Below are positions 1-11,509 of a DNA stretch of 54,631 nt, one piece after another. Within the stretch, counting starts at the first letter, position 1; each line of letters starts with the position of its first letter. The position numbers and the translations under genes were made by a program. The notes under the pieces are model-generated. The model made no database searches. It saw only the letters and a program-made list of their open reading frames with translations, and was not told the origin of the DNA. The stretch is from Guillardia theta CCMP2712 (Eukaryota > Protista > Cryptophyta): contig NW_005434514.1 in the NCBI RefSeq assembly GCF_000315625.1, positions 70,740 through 125,370 on the forward strand. The letters run 5' to 3'.

Positions 1-3000
1 CCTGACACTCAAGTGAGAGAATGAAAGAGAAAACTAGCAAATCCAACACATCGTCAGTCTTATCTTCTTCACATCACAATCATCATCACCACCACCAACA
101 CCAACACCAACACCAACACTTTTATTTATCAGCATCATCGTTATTGTCATCGCTCTCATCATCGCCTCTATCTTCATCTTCACGATCATCATTATTATGA
201 TCATCATCATTGTCATTGTCATTGTCATTGTCATTGTCATTGTCATTGTCATATTCGCGTCCATCACAGCAAGCAACGTCTCTATCACCAACACTACACT
301 CACTCTTCCCCCTCACCTCAAATTTCTTCTCTTCCTCATGTCGGAAGACTCTTGTGATCTTGTAGGGAGGTCGCTCACTCAGCTTGATACCAAGACCTGA
401 AAATCGAAACTTGTGATGAGGAGGCGAGGAGAAAACAACACATCGCAAACACATTGCAAACACATTACACACACATTACAGACAATATAAAAACAAAAAC
501 AAACATTACAAACACAAGTACAAACACAAGTACAAACACAAGTACAAACACAAGTACAAACACATCACAGCAGAGAACAACTGAAACACGATACATTTGG
601 CATCGCATCACTCACCGAGCCATCCTTTCTTCTTCGACTCGAGAGAAGCAACTTCAGTGTTGAATCGTTCCTCAGCATCGAGAACCTAAACCAAGCACGA
701 CCGAGCGGGAGGAGCATCAAGCCGAAAAAAAGGAGGACGCAGACAAAGATGAGGACGAGGACGAAGGAAGAGGACGAAGGACGGGGAGGAAGAAGAAAAA
801 AAACTGTCAGCCGCTGATCATCTTGACGTTCAACGTCGTGATTACAATCGCCTGCTTCTCCGCCACATCCTTCGAACCAGAGTCCTTAGCCTTCCTCAGG
901 TCTTCCCTCGCCATGCTGAGTGCCAACAGGAGCATCTCTTCGCGGTCTTTGATTGCCCTGCTGTCTGTCAGGNNNNNNNNNNNNNNNNNNNNNNNNNNNN
1001 NNNNNNNNNNNNNNNNNNNNNNNNNNNNNNNNNNNNNNNNNNNNNNNNNNNNNNNNNNNNNNNNNNNNNNNNNNNNNNNNNNNNNNNNNNNNNNNNNNNN
1101 NNNNNNNNNNNNNNNNNNNNNNNNNNNNNNNNNNNNNNNNNNNNNNNNNNNNNNNNNNNNNNNNNNNNNNNNNNNNNNNNNNNNNNNNNNNNNNNNNNNN
1201 NNNNNNNNNNNNNNNNNNNNNNNNNNNNNNNNNNNNNNNNNNNNNNNNNNNNNNNNNNNNNNNNNNNNNNNNNNNNNNNNNNNNNNNNNNNNNNNNNNNN
1301 NNNNNNNNNNNNNNNNNNNNNNNNNNNNNNNNNNNNNNNNNNNNNNNNNNNNNNNNNNNNNNNNNNNNNNNNNNNNNNNNNNNNNNNNNNNNNNNNNNNN
1401 NNNNNNNNNNNNNNNNNNNNNNNNNNNNNNNNNNNNNNNNNNNNNNNNNNNNNNNNNNNNNNNNNNNNNNNNNNNNNNNNNNNNNNNNNNNNNNNNNNNN
1501 NNNNNNNNNNNNNNNNNNNNNNNNNNNNNNNNNNNNNNNNNNNNNNNNNNNNNNNNNNNNNNNNNNNNNNNNNNNNNNNNNNNNNNNNNNNNNNNNNNNN
1601 NNNNNNNNNNNNNNNNNNNNNNNNNNNNNNNNNNNNNNNNNNNNNNNNNNNNNNNNNNNNNNNNNNNNNNNNNNNNNNNNNNNNNNNNNNNNNNNNNNNN
1701 NNNNNNNNNNNNNNNNNNNNNNNNNNNNNNNNNNNNNNNNNNNNNNNNNNNNNNNNNNNNNNNNNNNNNNNNNNNNNNNNNNNNNNNNNNNNNNNNNNNN
1801 NNNNNNNNNNNNNNNNNNNNNNNNNNNNNNNNNNNNNNNNNNNNNNNNNNNNNNNNNNNNNNNNNNNNNNNNNNNNNATCTCAAGCTCGGTTCCATTCCT
1901 GGAAGGCTGCAGTGAGAAGAAGAAGAGGAGGGAGAGGGAAGATGGACGCGAAGAGATGACAGCGAAAGAGAGGGAGAGAAGGAGAGACTGCGGAAGGGGA
2001 GGAATGGAAGTTGGCAAAGGGGAGAGGAGGGGAGAGGAGGACGAGCAAGAGAACGAGTAGATAGAAGCAACCTTTCTGCACTTGGTACTTGGAGTTCTCC
2101 AGACGTTTGATCGCATCGTTCTTCTCAACCGTCTCGATCTTCTCGAAGTTACAAAGGCAGAGAGCAAGAAACCAACCGCATGTGAAGTTTGAGAGGGACA
2201 GGACAGGTCAAGTCGTTCAAACAAGAGAACCAATAAGAAGTACACAATGCAACATCATGAAGACATAAAATGACAACAGCAACAAAAGTGCAAAACATGA
2301 TCAAAGGACTTGAAATGGAAACAGCATGGCAAATTCACCAGACAACAAAAATTCGTCACAAAGATGATCACCACATACCAACACAATCGGCAAAGACTTA
2401 ATTGACACTACAAGATCACAGACCAACAAACAATCATCGTCGTCACACTATGCACTGACAACTCAAAACTCCTCCCCTTTCACCTCGTTCTCGAGCTCGA
2501 AGATCGTAGTCTCGACCCTCTTCGTGCGCGAGAAGAAAAGTTCCAACTCTTTCAGCTCCTTCGATCGCTGCGAACGATCCTCTCAGCTCAGCTTCTCCTG
2601 TCTACCTCCTTGATCTCCCGATGCTCCTTGGCTCTCCTCACTCGTCCCTCGTCCCTCGTCGCTCCTCATTCCTCCCTCCTCCGTTTCTCGCTCCTCTCTC
2701 ACCGTCTCGTTGAACTGCGCCTGCCAAGCACTCCTAGCGCTGAAGTCTTCTTCGAGATATTGACGCTCCTTCACAGCCTGTCAGTGCTACAACAGCTCCC
2801 TCCCTCTCCCTGCCTNNNNNNNNNNNNNNNNNNNNNNNNNNNNNNNNNNNNNNNNNNNNNNNNNNNNNNNNNNNNNNNNNNNNNNNNNNNNNNNNNNNNN
2901 NNNNNNNNNNNNNNNAGGAGTGGAGGTTTTGGGTAGATGGGGCAAAGTCAAGGAGGAGGAGGAGGAGGAGGAAGAGGAGGAGGAGGAGGAGGAAGAGGAG

Positions 3001-4454
3001 GAGGAGGAGGAGGAAGAAGAGGAGGAGGAAGTAATGGAACACAAGAAGCAGACGAGGGGTGGGGTGCAGGTCACCTAGCAAGATCCAGCTGATGCTTCTT
3101 ATGCTTCATGTCTGCCTTCCCCAGTCAGCGTGTGCAGATTGAGAGCAGAGGACTGGCAGTTCCTTCTTGCTCCAGGAACTTGTCGATCATCGATTGGACG
3201 TCGCTGACTCGAGTCGTCAAAGTTTGACTAGCCCAACAGCTGCCTGCCCTCTCACCGACTGAAACGATCGTTGAAACGCCTCTCTGACTTCTTCACAGCT
3301 GGTTTCTTGAGCACCTGAGCACAACAGTAAGTGCAGACTTCGCGCCAGGAGCTGCGAGGGGATGCGGTCCGACCTCCTCGTATTCGCCTGTGGGGATTTT
3401 GCTGTATGACTCCACAACCTGCGGGGTAGAACATCAAAGATGGGAGATAGAGGACAAATCGACATGACCTTGATCCTTGAGTTGTCTCGAGACAATGTCG
3501 AGTTCTGCATGACGAGCTCTTTACGGAACCTCCATTGTTCCGTCTGCGGCAGGTGTAAGATTTCATCACAACCAACACCACCAACACCATCTCCTCCTCC
3601 TCCTCCTCCTCCTCCTCCTTTTCATCCTCCTCCTCCTCATCTTTACCTCTGAAACTTCCGATCCAAGTGGATAATCGAGGATGGCACTCTCCGTCTTCAA
3701 TTGCTCGGAGATTGTTTGACCCATCGGTTTAGCATCGACGATGGGGTATAACAGAAGGCTCAAAGGATCTACAAGCACGGCAACTTCAAGAGATGAAATG
3801 ACCGTCTGTGTCTTCACCTCCCACTGTCTGCTTCACTTGCTCCGGCTCGATTACACCACGAGTTGGCCAGCTTGACGAAATCTCAATTGAAAGTTTGAAA
3901 TTATCAAGAGAAAATCTCTCAACCTGGTGAGTACTGGACAGTCAGCTTTGCAGATTTCCTGCATCTTCTTCTTGGTTGCCGTCAGAAGATCCTGGACAAT
4001 GTGAATGCCAAACGTTCGTATCTGACTGATCCTCGTCTGTACCTGCACAACTTTGTCGTCTGCAGATTGAGTAGCTGCCATACCCCTTGTCACTTGTCTG
4101 ATCTCAGCCATCACAATGTATACCCGTGAAACGAGCCTTGACAGACTTGAGAGCTTCAGCACTGATGCTTGGAAGATCTACTCACTCTTTCAATGACTAG
4201 GAAGTGTATCCCATCACAACACAATACCTGTCGTCTTTGACTTGTTCACTGCTGCCGGTTGGCTGTCAGCTACGGTTTGGTTGCCAGATGACACAGGTGC
4301 AGTCTTCTCTTGGACTTCATGTACAGGCACAGCCTTCTCTTGTGCTTGATGCCACGTATAAGAAACCAGGACAGGGAGGAGTTGAGCACAAGGAGTTACC
4401 GACTGGCGGATTAGGTTGAGCAGCCGCTGCCTGCGACTTCTTGCCTTTCGCCAT
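1..4454 (-). CDS. Multi-exon coiled-coil protein with the probable start of a PDZ domain; 3' end lies outside the window
   Basis: ATG at 4454 gives MAKGKKSQAAAAQPNPPV. GT-AG flanked exons encode helical charged segments (QDLLTATKKKMQEICK, KELVMQNSTLSRDNSRIK, DVQSMIDKFLEQE, KELKELELFFSRTKRVETTIFELENE, EEMLLLALSMAREDLRKAK). The last visible exons read KKKGWL|GLGIKLSERPPYKITRV, resembling a PDZ carboxylate-binding loop. Two N gaps interrupt the gene. Confidence 0.55.
509..562 (+). repeat. 12-bp tandem repeat (ACAAACACAAGT) x ~4.5, intronic
   Basis: Directly visible; it generates the spurious TNTS-repeat ORF. Confidence 0.9.
973..1877. other. Assembly gap (905 N). Further 100-N gaps at 2816-2915, 13622-13721, 15845-15944, 24755-24854, 34084-34183, 35498-35597 and 36494-36593
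   Basis: Runs of N, mostly abutting microsatellites or low-complexity tracts. Confidence 0.99.
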
Positions 4455-5094
4455 GGTGAGCTGCCGATGAATGTGAGGAAGGAAAGAGGACAAGCAGACT
4501 CAGCGAGCTTATGAATGCAAAAACTTTCATGCCTGAGCATGGAAGGGCAGACGATCGTTCTGCAAGGTGGAAGACTACAGAAGGGAAGAATGAATGTATA
4601 TCGTACACGGTAGGACAGGTGAGAACTAGGAGGAGAACAAAGAGCAACAATTCTGGGGTGCCAGCAAGACAAGATATCATGTCACATGATCATCACCATC
4701 ACCATCACCATCATCACCATCACCATCATCATCACCATCATCATCATCATCACCATCATCAACATCATCAACATCATTCGGAAGGGTTCTCATCATTCGT
4801 CAGGGAAGGGTCATTGCGCAGAGGAAAGTTGGACCAACCCCTACCTGGAGACTCCAAGAAGTACCTGGTGCTTTTCCTTTGAATAATGGGAAAGAGGGGG
4901 TGAGGTACTTCAGAACCACCCTACCCCCCTGGGCCAGTGGGACATTGCATGGACCTGATTTTGACTACTTTGGTGGGAGGAACAGCAGCCACATCCCCTC
5001 TCAAGCCCGAGAGTCTAAGCCCACCTGAGCCCATACCTGCCCATGAAGGAGCCCCGGCCAGGCTCTTTCAGGGCTATCATGGCAGGCATGTATG

Positions 5095-5415
5095 ATGGCT
5101 CCCGTCGCCCGCCCAGTCCCGACGGGCCCAGTGACGGAGCACACTCGGAAGTTTGTTAGGCTTGTTCGGGGCTATCTGACTGGCACGGCTGGCATGTGAT
5201 CCATCACCCAGCCCGGCTGGCCGCGGTGGCCACCTCCCGAGTACGGCAACCTCGGCGGACCGCACGGCACCGGCGCCGTCCGGCCGGGACCCGGTGAGGC
5301 TCAGTGACTTGTGACTGGACCCCGGGCCCTGCGGCGTGACTGTCCGAACTTGAGTGAGTGAATCCGGGTGAGCCCGGTACCTGTCGGAGTGTTCGGCCCT
5401 ATCAGTGACCGACTG
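5095..5415. promoter_or_regulatory. GC/CpG-rich intergenic island between divergent genes
   Basis: Dense in CCGG, GGCC, CCCGGG and GTGAC words; lies between ATG 4454 (-) and ATG 5647 (+). Similar islands occur at ~28130, ~29540, ~38700 and ~39355. Confidence 0.5.
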
Positions 5416-5646
5416 AGGAATGGAGGGCGAAGTTGAAGAGTAGGAGTAGGAGAAGAGCCAGGGAGGAGAGGAGGAGCGAGAAAGACGACGATCAGGTGCA
5501 GAGAGCAGGAGGGACGTGAAGCTTCCTCTTGTCAACATGGACAATCTCTGTTCGGTGATGATCAACGGGATCAGGTAGAGCCGCTCGTTGGGAGGCTTGC
5601 GACAGCAGAAGCTGCTGCTGAGACTTTTGCCTTGCCGACTTGACCC

Positions 5647-8600
5647 ATGTCATTCCAGAGGAACAAGGAGAAGTTGGAGCTCCCTCCTCTCAGCAGACAT
5701 TCTCCATCACATGTTCGCTCAGCTCAGATCGACAGCGACAAGGAGTCTGAGAGGGACAGTCACGATTGGCTGATCCTGGCCAACTGTCAGGAGCGGGTGA
5801 TATCCTTCACAGGGGTGATCGATGTCAAGAACTTCGGCATCACAAGTCACATGTGTACAACCCTTGCTAAACGATTGTCCAAGGTCAGCAGCCATGTCAA
5901 GTCCATCGACCTGAGCTCGAACCCCATCAAGACACAAGGGCTGCTGTCGCTGTCGGGGCCTTTACAAGCTTTCACAACCTTGTCGAGGCTCAACTTGTCG
6001 TCTTGCTCTCTCAACTTCCCAAGGTCAGCGTCTTCAAGCAGCAGCGCTGACGACGGTATGGCTGCCAAGAACTTCTTCGATCGGATTATCAGCCCGTCCC
6101 TCGCGCTCACTGCTCTCGACCTGTCGAACAACAACCTCGGGCCGGACGGTTTGAAGGCTCTGCAGCAGGCGAGCTCGAGGCGGTTGCTGTGCAACGTCAG
6201 AGAGCTTGACGTGTCCCGGTGCGGGTTCGATCATACCTCCTCCTTCTACGCCAAGCAGCTTCTCTTCAACCTGAGCAGCCTCACCCGGCTCAACCTCGCC
6301 GACAACTCTCTTCGCAACGCCGCAGCCGAAGACGTGATCGCTGGGCTAGAGAAGTGCACAGCGTTAGAGGATCTGAATCTCTCCTTCAACGGGTTTGGAG
6401 GAGACAAGACAGCTGAGCTGCTTACAAGGTACCTGAGCGAGGCGTGTTGCTCGAAGCTGAAGCGACTGAACTTGAGTCACAATCGATTCGAGCTCCGGCT
6501 TGCTCAAACCTTCTCCCTATCGTCTCCTTACCGATGCGGCGCCAGCCATTGTCAGAACTTCGTGCGAGCAGCGATGTACCTCATGCGCTACCGGAGCTCT
6601 AGGGAGTTTTACAGCAACACCGAGGTACTCGAGAACGCTCACGAGAAACATAGCAAGATCGGAGTCAAGTACGAGAATATGTTGAAGTCCGGTGAGTTCA
6701 CCGGTTCTCTTGTGACAGTGCTGTTGAAACTGAAACGATCGTCTCCTCTCGTGTTGGAGTTGTTGGACATATCCGGCAACTTGCTCTCTTACGAGGCCGA
6801 ATGCCTTGTGTTGTATCTCTTCTCCACTTCTGCTGATACCTTGAAGTGCCTGGTGGAAAAATCGTCAGATGTTCATGGAAGGGAGAACTCAAACTTCGTG
6901 TGGTTGGAATCGAAGGCAGAGAGGGGCTTTCCTGTGACTGCTCTTCAAGTCAACGGGCTTCCAGTAGTTCGGGCGTCATCGAGCAAGATCCTGCTGTTTC
7001 TGAACCAGCACAAGTTCGATCCTGTAGCAGCGTTCCCGATCACATTGGAGTACAAGTGTCAAGTCATTTCAAACTTGTCAAAGAGTATCTTGACAGACCT
7101 CACCGAGGATGTCAATCGACTGCAGCACAGGTACGACTCAGTCGGTGACTCTTGCCTGACGACGGACGCGATTGTAGAGGCTGTACATGTTCTGATCAGG
7201 CAGGAGAACTCAAACCCCTTGGGGTACTGGGATGATACCGTCTTGTCTGTCATCGAAAGGTTGCACGACCAGCCGTTCCTCAAGTCAGGCCCTGGCGCAA
7301 AGACTCTTGCGATGGAGGTAGAGGAGGAGGAGGACAAGGAGGACAACATGGAAGAGCTGCTGATGCTCTCGAAATCAAACAGCTTCTACAAGAAGCAGCG
7401 AGCAAACACCTCCCGCTGGTTTCAAGTCCGCAAGAAGCTCAACTTCGCGGAGGAGAGTAAGTTGCCTATGGCTGATCCCCTCGGCCTCCTCGTCGTCCCT
7501 CCCGCCATCGCTGGCCTGCCCTCCTTCGCATGCGCCCAGCATGTGTGCATGAACGACAGCACGTGCGGCGATTTCATGGTGGCGCACGAGGTAGACGAGA
7601 AGGGGGAGTACCTGCAGCAGCCGCTGTTCTACGAGGGTTTCTCAGCTCCTTCCAACGGAGTCATGATGAAGTCCCTCGAATACCGAGGAGACGTGCTGGG
7701 CGTGGCGAACCTGGCGGTGAGGTATGAGACCTCGGAAAGCTTCTGGAGCTCTCTCAACAGACTGCGAGAGTCTCTCCCCTCTCACCGAGACGACATCTTC
7801 GTCGCCTCCATCGACTGTCCTGAGATGCTCATCATCGGGGAGACGTTCGAGTTCGCCTACGAGTACATGGAGACCGAGCGCAGGATCCCGGACTCCTACC
7901 GCTCCGACTACTTCGCGCTCTTCAAGTGCCATCAACCCAACCAGGACGTGTTTGACCTGCAGGAAGACACTCTGTTGTGCAAGATCAGACCTCCTCACCC
8001 CCGTCGAGCTCAAGTCCAGCTGAGGCACGTCAAGTGGACCCCTGGGACGTACAGGATTGTGCTCTTCTTCATGAACAGCGAGACTGTCGTCGGTCGCAGC
8101 CCTGACTTCACCGTCAAGTACGCCACCGCATCCTTGACCTGCGTCCCGGAGGTGACGGTCAAGACCAAGCAGCTCGAAGTCCAGTACTCCCTTGACTACC
8201 CGCACTGCATGCACCCTGACACTGACTGGATCGGACTCTTTCCCCACGACTCCAACGTGCGCTCGGAGCAGGACGCGCTCTTCAAGTGCAAGGTCCCCTC
8301 CAAGAACGCTGGGTCCGCCGTCATGGCGATCAACAACCTGCCGGTGGACGAGCTCTACGACGTGACGTACATTCAGAAGATTCAGGAGGAGCGGATTATC
8401 CTCGGGAAGACGACCCTCAAGGTGGTGCCGAACCCGCCCGAGGTGCTGATCAACTTTGAGAGGACGTCGCAGCGAGACAAGAGCGATCGCAACATCCGCT
8501 TCTACCTCTCCTGCTCCCATGACGACATGCAGGAGGAGAGGAATCTGATCCACAACGACCTGATGCCCAGGTTGAGGCAGTTTGCCGACTCGATCCGGGT

Positions 8601-10965
8601 CTCGATCACAGTGGTGGACCTTCGGTTCGGGATCTCAGAGCAGGTCATGGAAGAGATGAGTCAGAGCCTTTCCCTCTCCCATAGGAACCTGATCGACATC
8701 TGCCTCGACGAGCTTGAGAAGTGTCTCCCCTACTTCCTCTGCTTCCTCGGCAACGTCTACGGCAAAGTGCCCAAGTCCATCCCTTCCTCCTCCTCCCGGT
8801 CGTACCCCTGGCTCACGGACCGTCGCTTTCAGAACGCGAGCATCTCGTACGGGGCGCGGCTGAGCCTGACGGAGATGGAGGTCACCAACGCCATCCTCGT
8901 GCAGGCGGCCAACAGCCCGCAGGCTCGCTTCTACTTCCGTGATCAGAGCTACGCCCACGGCCGCGGTTCCAGCTTCGCCGACTCGTCGGACGGGGCGAGG
9001 CTGGCGATGAACTCGCTCAAGTCGAGGATCAGGAAGGTGGTGGACCTGTCGGCGTCCAAGAACCCGGACTACTGTATGCGCATCCACCAGTACTTCGACC
9101 CCCGCAGCCTCCTGCCTGTCATGCAGCGAGACTTGAGCGACGTTATCGAGGCTGACTTCCGCGCGAGGCCGGAGGAATCGGACTTGTTCTGGAAGGACCT
9201 GCGGTCTGTCGGGCGGCAGCACCTCAAGAAACTGCAGCCGCAAACTGCTGCGCAGCTGAGAAAGCTGACCGAGCTGGAGGCTGAGCTGGACAAGTGGCTG
9301 AGACATGGAGACGTAGGCAACAAGATGGTCTTGTACGGCCCCAAGGGATCGGGGAAATCATGCATCCTGACGTACTGGCTGGAGAAGCAGGTGGCGAGGT
9401 GGGAAGGAAGGGTGGTCCCCAGCTGGGAGGAGACGAGCTGCGTCCGTTACTTCACGGCAGCTGGGGAGGAGGAGCAGTTCTGTGTTATGTCTATCAGCTG
9501 CGGCCTGCATCACCGGCTGAGGCGGGGCTACGACGTGTTGAGGATGATAACGCTGAACCTGCGACTGAAGTTCGACTTCAAGTTCCAGGACGAGGACTTG
9601 AAGGATGAGTACATCACTAGGGCGCTGAAGGAGGTGCTAGACGGGTTTCCTCGTCACTGCACGTTCATCTTCGTGGTTGACGGGCTCGACCATGTCGTCA
9701 GCCCCGTCAACTCGGTTGGTTGGATCCCAAACACAGAGAACAACAACATCAAGTGGGTCGTGTCGACTTCCGACCCCACCACCAACAGGCTTCTCTGCTC
9801 CTCAGAGAGGAAATTCCTCTGCATCGAGCTGGAGGAGTTGGAGGAGGAGCAGCGGCGGGGGATGGTGGAGAGCTTCTTGACAAGGTACCAGGTGAAGATG
9901 GATGAAGAGACTCTAGAGCCTCTCTTGTCCTTGCCGACCCTGTCGGTACCTGAGAACGTTCACATTCTCCTTGAGGTGCTGAAGTGCGCCAACGACGCCG
10001 AGGAGAGGAAGGAGCAGCTGGAGCAGCTGCTGGGGATGGAGAGCCTGACGCAGTACACCTCCACCCTGCTGGGGCTCTACCGGCAACGAGCTCCCAGAGT
10101 AGACACGTTCCTCCACTTCCTGTGCCTCGCAGAGACAGGGCTCTTTGAGAACGAGCTCTGCTCTCTGATGCGAGTCCCCTTTGAGCTGAGCTGCCTGCGC
10201 TGGCTGGAGCTCTTGGACGTCACGAGGGAGGTAAGCTACACCTATGATGGAGTATGGAAGATGTTCGACCAGTCGTTTGCTCGCATCTACTCGCAGACAG
10301 CCATGTCCAGCAGCTCCCGGCTCGAGCACCTGGGAGCGATGGAGGCGTACTTCGAGACGATGCCAACGTGCAACAGGAAGATGGACGAATTTCCCTTCGT
10401 GCTGGAGAAGCTGGGAAACAGGGAGGGGCTCGAAAAGCTCATCATTGACATCCCCTTCTTCCTCAGGATGTACTCGGACCCCATCCGCCGCCTGCAGTAC
10501 CTCCGGTACGTGAAGGAGCTGGGCAAGACCAAGGACGACCTGCTCCTGAAGCTGAGAAATCACTTTGAGTACCACTTCAGCATCAGCAACCGCTGGTTTA
10601 GCGTCGCCCATCACCACTCCGGCACCTCCGCCCTCCATCACGAGCTAAACCCTGTGATCTACCAGTCGGAAGAGCAGCTGACTTACTTCGTCGACGTGAT
10701 TTTTCACCTTTCCTCCCTCTTCGAGATGTACGGGAGGCACGAGGAGGGTATCAGAGACCTCGAGTCTGGCCTCAAGTGCCTGTACGGCACCTCCGACATC
10801 TTCAAAATTCCCTCCATTCATCAGCAGCACTGCCGCTTTCCCCACAAGGTCCTCCTCTTCCTTGGCAGGCTCGCACGCCTCTATACTCTTCACCTGCACG
10901 CCATGCACGCGTTCTGGTCGGACGTGGATCTGGAAAGGAACATAAAGAACAAGGTAAGACTACTT

Positions 10966-11041
<76 letters not shown>

Positions 11042-11472
11042 CGCCCTCCTCCTCCCTCTCCTCCTTACAACTCTCACAGATTCCTGACCACCTTCACGGC
11101 ATCGACGTGTCCTGGTGGACTTCGGAGGTTCCAGGAGGGAGTGCGAGGACTCTCCCTTCCAAACTCCAGCTGATATTCCAGCTGGCAAGATCGTTCATGA
11201 AGGAGACGGAGGAAGGGAAGTACGAGCTGAAGAGGAGGTGACGACGCAGATGTTCTGTAGAGGGTGATGACGATGACGTGGGTTGCAGTGAGTGGGAGAT
11301 CATCAACGAGATCTTAGAGAAGGAGCGAAGGGACTCTGCCATGACAGACCTTGTCTGGCACACGGCTACGAAGCGGTTCGTCAGCAGACCGAGCAAGGCT
11401 GGAACCACGGGGACAACAACTGCGATCGATAAGAAGAAGAAGACTGGAAGGAGGAAGGGGAATGATGTTTGA
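5647..11472 (+). CDS. Large LRR - 2x SKICH-like Ig - DUF4062 - NACHT/STAND NTPase protein (NPHP3/TEP1-type NTPase module)
   Basis: RI-like LRRs (LTALDLSNNNLGPDG, LTRLNLADNSL, LEDLNLSFNGFG). Ig-like repeats with DYFALF (~7906) and DWIGLF (8224). DUF4062-type IRFYLSCSHDDMQEERNLI...VDLRFGI (8491). Walker A GPKGSGKS (9337-9360) and Walker B FIFVVDGLD (9664). Introns 10954-11079 and 11238-11288 give a last exon SEWEIINEILE...NDV*. The true start may lie in a short upstream exon. Confidence 0.85.
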
Positions 11473-11509
11473 TTCTTGTGTAAATTAGCACTCAACTGTA
11501 AAGATACCA

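Noticed and set aside
509-562. CRISPR-like or telomeric array
   Set aside because: Head-to-tail repeat without spacers in a eukaryotic intron; not a canonical telomere unit.
823-2245. Long ORFs of 320-425 aa
   Set aside because: They consist mostly of X residues read through the N gap.
4686-4775. Poly-His ORF, and similar poly-E, poly-A, poly-Q, EERRG, SSPLL, AGAG and RSRS ORFs elsewhere
   Set aside because: Translations of intronic or intergenic microsatellites (CAT, GAG, GCT, GAGAG, GCAGGA).
7642-10641. Long antisense ORFs within the NLR-like gene
   Set aside because: Typical mirror-frame ORFs of high-GC3 coding sequence with no recognisable domains.
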